A stretch of 64,000 nucleotides of DNA, from contig BTVJ01000001.1 of assembly GCA_045863395.1 (NCBI GenBank), forward strand, positions 362,643 to 426,642, written 5' to 3'. Shown in pieces: positions 58,899 through 64,000 of the stretch. The translations under genes were made by a program, and so were the position numbers. This DNA comes from Myxococcales bacterium. Its GTDB lineage: Bacteria; Myxococcota_A; UBA9042; JABWCM01; BTVJ01. Positions within the stretch are counted from its first letter, which is position 1. Each line of letters starts with the position of its first letter. The notes beneath the pieces are model-generated. The model was not told the origin of the DNA, made no database searches, and saw nothing but the letters and a program-made list of their open reading frames with translations.

Positions 58899-60310
58899 TC
58901 GAGGGGGTGGGGCGGTATCCGGCGTATCGCGAGTCGGGCATCGAGTGGGTCGGCGAAGTACCGCGGCACTGGAAGACGCCGACATGTCAGAGGGTCTTTC
59001 GCGAGACGACGAGACCGTACCAAGGCACGACAGAGGTACAACTGTCTCTGTCGCAGCGTCAGGGGCTCGTACCCACGACGCTGATGCACGAGCGCTCTCT
59101 ACAGACGTCGTCGTTCGACAAGTGGAAGGTAGTTTTCCCCGGCGACATCGTCGTCAACCGGTTCAAAGGTCATCTTGGTGTGTTCTTCGCAGCAAACATG
59201 CGCGGTATCACGACGTTTCACTACGGCGTGTTCAGGTCACGAACGGCTGTGGTGGCCAAGTACTTCGAGTGGCTCTTCCACACACCACAGTACTGTGCGA
59301 TTTTCGGAGCCCGCTCCAACGGAATGACGGTCGGGCTTCAGAACCTGTCCAACCAGAACTTCTACAATGTGCGCGCGCTGCTACCCCCACCCGACGAGCA
59401 GGCAGCCATCGTCCGGTTCATCGACCACGCCGACCGGCGCATCCGCCGGTACATCCGCGAGAAGCAGAAGCTGATCGGGCTCCTGGATGAGCAGAAGCAG
59501 GCCATCATTCACCGCGCCGTGACCCGCGGCCTCGACCCGCACGTCCGCCTGAAGCCGTCGGGCGTCGAATGGCTCGGCGACGTACCGGAGCATTGGGAGG
59601 TACTGGCACTGCGCCGACGCTGGCAGGTGACCGACTGCAAGCACCTGACGGTCCCGTTCGTCGACGAGGGCTATCCGCTGGCGAGTGTGCGAGAGGCGCA
59701 AACGTTCGAACTGTCGTTTGCGTCATCCAATCGCACGACCAAGGAATGGTTCGAGAAGCTCATAGATGGAGGAAGGCGGCCGAAGCGCGGCGACCTCGTC
59801 TACTGTCGAAATGTCAACGTGGGCGCAGCGGCGCTTGTGACAACTGACGAACCATTCGCTATGGGCCAGGATGTCTGCCTCATCCGCTCGGAACGGCAAA
59901 GCCAGAGGTGGCTGAACTACTTCTTGCGAAGCCATGGGATGAAAGAGCAGCTCGGCCAACTGCTCGTGGGGTCTACTTTCAACCGGATCAATGTCGCCGA
60001 CATCAAGGCTCTCCTCGTTGTCGTTCCGCCACGAGATGAGCAGGATCGGATCGTGGCCCACCTCGACCGTGAAGTCGGCACCCTCAACATTGCGATCAAC
60101 GAGTTGCGCACGGAGCAGGCGCTGATCCGCGAATACCGCACCCGCCTCATCGCCGACGTAGTGACCGGCAAGCTCGACGTCCGTGCGGCTGCGGCCGCCT
60201 TGCCCGACGAGCCCGCCGAAGACGAGCCGCTCGACGCGCTGACCGACGACCCCGGCGACGAAGCCGCCGACACCGAGGAGTCCGACGCAGAGGAGGGAGC
60301 CGCCGCATGA
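58895..60310 (+). CDS. hsdS: Type I restriction-modification specificity subunit
   Basis: Duplicated SGIEWVGEVPRHW / SGVEWLGDVPEHW, PPPDEQ / PPRDEQ, LIADVVTGKLDV; two lower-GC TRDs; ATGA overlap with hsdM. Confidence 0.95.
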   Translation: MIEGVGRYPAYRESGIEWVGEVPRHWKTPTCQRVFRETTRPYQGTTEVQLSLSQRQGLVPTTLMHERSLQTSSFDKWKVVFPGDIVVNRFKGHLGVFFAANMRGITTFHYGVFRSRTAVVAKYFEWLFHTPQYCAIFGARSNGMTVGLQNLSNQNFYNVRALLPPPDEQAAIVRFIDHADRRIRRYIREKQKLIGLLDEQKQAIIHRAVTRGLDPHVRLKPSGVEWLGDVPEHWEVLALRRRWQVTDCKHLTVPFVDEGYPLASVREAQTFELSFASSNRTTKEWFEKLIDGGRRPKRGDLVYCRNVNVGAAALVTTDEPFAMGQDVCLIRSERQSQRWLNYFLRSHGMKEQLGQLLVGSTFNRINVADIKALLVVVPPRDEQDRIVAHLDREVGTLNIAINELRTEQALIREYRTRLIADVVTGKLDVRAAAAALPDEPAEDEPLDALTDDPGDEAADTEESDAEEGAAA

Positions 60311-60335
60311 CCGCCACTCACCGAGAGCGCGCCCG

Positions 60336-61802
60336 ATGATCGGCGACCGCACCACCGCCTGGCTCGAGGGCCTGGTCCGCGAGCTGTGCCGGCTCCCCGG
60401 CGAGACCGAGTGGGTGGAGCTGAAGGTCGACAAGGCGGAGCCCACGGAGATCGGTGAGTACCTCTCGGCGCTCTCCAACTCCGCGGCGCTCGTGGGCAAG
60501 CCCAGCGCGGCGCTCGTGTGGGGCATCCGCAACGAGGACCACGCCATCGTCGGCACCACCTTCGACCCAGCCACCGCCCGCATCGGCCAGGAAGCCCTGG
60601 AGAACTGGCTCCACAGGCTGCTCAACCCCCGCATCGACTTCCGCTTCTACGAGCTCACGGTCGACGGGCACCGGCTGGTGGTGCTCGAGGTCGACCGGGC
60701 CTCACGGCAACCGGTGGCGTTCCAGGGCGTCGAGTACATCCGCGTGGGCAGCTACAAGAAGAAGCTGAAGGACTTCCCCGAGAAGGAGCGCGCGCTCTGG
60801 CGCATCTTCGACCGCGTCGCCTTCGAGGACGGCGTGGCCGTCGAGCACGCAAGCGCCGACGAGGTGCTCCGCAAGCTCGACTACCCGGCCTACTTCGACC
60901 TGCTCGACCTGCCGCTGCCGGACGGGCGGGCGGCGATCCTCGACGCGCTGGAGCGGGACCGGCTCGTGTCCGCCTGCCCCGCCGGGGGCCACGACATCAC
61001 CAACCTGGGCGCGATCCTGTTCGCCAAGCGCCTCGACGACTTCCCCTCGCTCAAGCGCAAGGCCGTGCGCGTCATCCAGTACCGGGGCAAGGGCCGACTC
61101 CTCACGGCACGGGAGCACGTCGAGCCCAGAGGGTTCGCCAGTGGGTTCGAGGAGTTGAACGCGGTGATCGGCGGGCTCCTGCCGATGAACGAGGTCATCA
61201 TTCAGGCGCTCCGCCGCAACGTTCCCATGTTCCCTCCGCTGGCGGTCCGTGAGCTAGTGGCCAACGCGCTCATCCACCAGGACTTCTCGGCCACGGGCAC
61301 GGGGCCCATGATCGAGCTGTTCGACGACCGCCTCGAGATCACCAACCCGGGCGAGCCACTCGTGGCGGCCGATCGGTTCCTCGACAGCCCTCCCAGGTCC
61401 CGAAACGAGGCGCTGGCGTCGCTGATGCGTCGGGTTGGCATCTGTGAAGAGCGCGGGAGTGGCATCGACAAGGTTGTAGCGCAGGTCGAGGCCTTCCAAC
61501 TGCCGGCCCCGCTCTTCGAGGCCCCGCCCGGGTTCACGCGGGTCACCCTCTTCGCGCACCGTCCTCTCACCGAGATGGACAGGCATGACCGGACACGGGC
61601 TTGCTACCTGCACGCCTGCCTGAAGTACGTGCAGCGCGACTACCTCACCAATGCCTCGCTGCGTCAGCGGTTCGGAGTCGAGGAGCGGAACAAGGCTGCT
61701 GTGTCCCGCTACATCCGCGAGGCCTTGGAGGCAGGCGCCATCAGGGCCGACGACGCGAATGCAGCGCGCAGGCTGATGAGGTACCTTCCCTGGTGGGCAT
61801 AG
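60336..61802 (+). CDS. AlbA_2 (Schlafen-like) plus HATPase_c_4 plus HTH protein
   Basis: ETEWVELK, LSALSNS, LVWGIRN; VRELVANALIHQDF, LEITNPG, RNEALA, CEERGSGIDK; C-terminal LTNASLRQRFG HTH. Confidence 0.85.
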   Translation: MIGDRTTAWLEGLVRELCRLPGETEWVELKVDKAEPTEIGEYLSALSNSAALVGKPSAALVWGIRNEDHAIVGTTFDPATARIGQEALENWLHRLLNPRIDFRFYELTVDGHRLVVLEVDRASRQPVAFQGVEYIRVGSYKKKLKDFPEKERALWRIFDRVAFEDGVAVEHASADEVLRKLDYPAYFDLLDLPLPDGRAAILDALERDRLVSACPAGGHDITNLGAILFAKRLDDFPSLKRKAVRVIQYRGKGRLLTAREHVEPRGFASGFEELNAVIGGLLPMNEVIIQALRRNVPMFPPLAVRELVANALIHQDFSATGTGPMIELFDDRLEITNPGEPLVAADRFLDSPPRSRNEALASLMRRVGICEERGSGIDKVVAQVEAFQLPAPLFEAPPGFTRVTLFAHRPLTEMDRHDRTRACYLHACLKYVQRDYLTNASLRQRFGVEERNKAAVSRYIREALEAGAIRADDANAARRLMRYLPWWA

Positions 61803-61948
61803 CGGGTGAGGGTTCCAGGTGGGTTTTCATTGACAGGTCACTGACGGCGGACCCCTCAGATGGTGGAGCCACCGACAGAACAGTTGGAAGTTCCAATGGA
61901 TTTTAGCTCGGATCCTCAATTGATGGATAATTGATCGAAGGGGACGTC

Positions 61949-64000
61949 GTGAGCAGGACGGACACCAGGGAGAAGGGGCTCGAGGCGCTGATCGTGCGCG
62001 CGATGACCGGCCGGACCGACGTGAACGTTCCCGTGGGCTGGGAGACGGAGCATGGGCCGCCGGCCCTCGGCGGCACCGGGTGGTTGCTCGGCGACGCGCG
62101 AGACTACGACCGCGACTTCTGCGTGGATCTGGTGCAGCTTCGAGGGTTCCTCGTGGCGACGCAGCCGGAGCTGATCGAGTCGCTGTCGCTAGAGACGGAG
62201 GGGCCGACGCGGCTCAAGTTCCTCTCCAGGCTGCAGGGCGAGATCACGAAGCGCGGCGTGGTCGATGTGCTGCGGCACGGAGTCAAGCACGGTGCTCACT
62301 CCATCGACCTGTTCTACGGCACGCCGAGCCCGGGCAACGTGCGTGCCCAGGATCGCTTCGCCTGCAACCGATTCAGCGTCACGCGCCAGCTCCGCTACAG
62401 CCGCGACGAGACGGCGCTGGCCCTCGACCTCGCGCTGCTCGTCAACGGGCTCCCGGTCTTCACGGTCGAGCTCAAGAACAGCCTGACCAGGCAGACCGTG
62501 GCCGACGCCATCGAGCAGTACAAGCGGGATCGGGATCCGCGCGAGAAGCTGTTCGAGCTCGGCCGGTGCGTGGCGCACTTCGCGGTCGACGACCTCGAGG
62601 TGCGCTTCTGCCCGCATCTCCAGGGCAAGGCGTCGTGGTTTCTGCCGTTCAACCAGGGCTGGAACGACGGCGCGGGCAACCCACCGAACCCGGACGGACT
62701 CGCCACGGACTACCTGTGGAAGCGTATCCTCACGAGGCCGGGGCTGGCGAACATCCTCGAGAGCTTCGCCCAGATCACGGAGCGGCGGGACCCGAAGACT
62801 CGCCGCGTCGAGCGCAAGCAGATCTTCCCGCGCTACCACCAGCTCGAGGTGGTCCGCAGGCTGCTGGCGGACGTCGGTGTGCATGGGCCGGGGCGGCGCT
62901 ACCTCATCCAGCACTCGGCCGGAAGCGGCAAGTCGAACTCCATCGCCTGGCTGTCGCATCAGCTCATCGGGCTTGAGAAGGACGGCCAGCCGGTGTTCGA
63001 CTCGGTGCTGGTGGTCACGGACCGGCGCATCCTGGACCAGCAGATCCGCGACACGGTCAAGGACTTCGGGCAGGTGCGCGCTACCGTGGGGCACGCCGAG
63101 CACTCGGGGGACCTGCGGAGGTTCATCGAGTCGGGCAAGAAGATCATCATCACGACCGTGCAGAAGTTTCCGTTCGTGCTCGACGAGATCGGCAGCGCCC
63201 ACCGGAGCCGCCGGTTCGCGATCATCATCGACGAGGCGCACTCGAGCCAGGGGGGCAAGGCGTCGGGGGCCTTGAATCAGGCGCTGTACGAGGCGGGGCC
63301 GGATGAGGACGAGAGCACGGAGGACCAGATCAACCGGATCATGGAGGGAAGGAAGCTGCTGCCAAACGCGAGCTACTTCGCCTTCACGGCGACGCCGAAG
63401 AACAAGACTCTGGAGACCTTCGGCGAGAGGTTCGTGGACGGCGGCGAGGTGCGCCATCGCGCCTTCCACAGCTACACGATGAAGCAGGCCATCGAGGAGG
63501 GCTTCATCCTCGACGTCCTGCGCCACTTCACGCCGGTCAGGAGCTACTACCGGCTCGTCAAGACGGTCGAGGGCGATCCCCTCTATGACACGCGGAAGGC
63601 GAGGAAGAAGCTGCGCCGGTACGTAGAGGGCCATGAGCACGCCATTCGTATCAAGGCCGAGATCATGGTGGACCACTTCCACGAGCAGGTGCTCGCGCAG
63701 AACAAGATCGGCGGGAAGGCGCGAGCAATGGTGGTCACGAGCGGTATCGACCGGGCAATCCAGACCTTCGTCGCCGTCGAGGCGTACCTCTCCGAGCGGA
63801 AGAGCCCGCACAAGGCCATCGTGGCGTTCTCCGGCGAACACGAGCTCGACGGGGCGAAGGTGACGGAGGCCTCGCTCAACGGGTTCCCCTCGAGTGAAAT
63901 CCCTGACCGAATCCGCGACGACCCCTATCGGTTCCTCATCTGCGCAGACAAGTTCCAGACCGGCTACGACGAGCCGCTGCTGCACACGATGTACGTGGAC
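61949..64000 (+). CDS. hsdR: Type I restriction endonuclease subunit R (3' end beyond window edge)
   Basis: Manually translated from GTG at 61949: SRTDTREKGLE..., VNGLPVFTVELKN nuclease motif, PRYHQ, QHSAGSGKSNS (Walker A), IIIDEAHSSQ, FTATPK, FQTGYDEP. Confidence 0.95.
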   Translation, partial: MSRTDTREKGLEALIVRAMTGRTDVNVPVGWETEHGPPALGGTGWLLGDARDYDRDFCVDLVQLRGFLVATQPELIESLSLETEGPTRLKFLSRLQGEITKRGVVDVLRHGVKHGAHSIDLFYGTPSPGNVRAQDRFACNRFSVTRQLRYSRDETALALDLALLVNGLPVFTVELKNSLTRQTVADAIEQYKRDRDPREKLFELGRCVAHFAVDDLEVRFCPHLQGKASWFLPFNQGWNDGAGNPPNPDGLATDYLWKRILTRPGLANILESFAQITERRDPKTRRVERKQIFPRYHQLEVVRRLLADVGVHGPGRRYLIQHSAGSGKSNSIAWLSHQLIGLEKDGQPVFDSVLVVTDRRILDQQIRDTVKDFGQVRATVGHAEHSGDLRRFIESGKKIIITTVQKFPFVLDEIGSAHRSRRFAIIIDEAHSSQGGKASGALNQALYEAGPDEDESTEDQINRIMEGRKLLPNASYFAFTATPKNKTLETFGERFVDGGEVRHRAFHSYTMKQAIEEGFILDVLRHFTPVRSYYRLVKTVEGDPLYDTRKARKKLRRYVEGHEHAIRIKAEIMVDHFHEQVLAQNKIGGKARAMVVTSGIDRAIQTFVAVEAYLSERKSPHKAIVAFSGEHELDGAKVTEASLNGFPSSEIPDRIRDDPYRFLICADKFQTGYDEPLLHTMYVD

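Overview
High-GC bacterial chromosomal window, most consistent with a Myxococcota/deltaproteobacterial lineage (inference from PilB/PilT, many lipoproteins with Asp/Gly/Thr-rich tethers, Cys-rich repeats, PEGA and kelch proteins). It appears to span the replication origin. An oriC-like element (DnaA boxes, GC spacer, DnaA-trios, AT-rich tract) lies upstream of dnaN-recF at about 32.0-32.3 kb, and two parS palindromes lie at about 22.1 kb, but dnaA and gyrB are not adjacent. Left arm: pilT, pilB, trmFO, topA, dprA, envelope lipoproteins, a CPBP protease, thrB, MscS-cNMP, GT2 plus deacetylase, a lamin-tail protein, a histidine kinase, an orphan gcvPB, a PPIase, proB and murA. Right arm: ABC1 kinase, PDZ-TlpA, a translationally coupled cohesin-lipoprotein plus dockerin-bearing M1 peptidase pair (best candidate for an undescribed system), a partial reductive pyrimidine catabolism cluster, a Sua5/YciO protein, epmA, a long structured intergenic region and glycoside hydrolases. 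The right end holds a defence-type region: vapBC plus a type I R-M locus with a Schlafen/AlbA_2-HATPase gene between hsdS and hsdR. All calls come from reading motifs by eye; no database searches were run.
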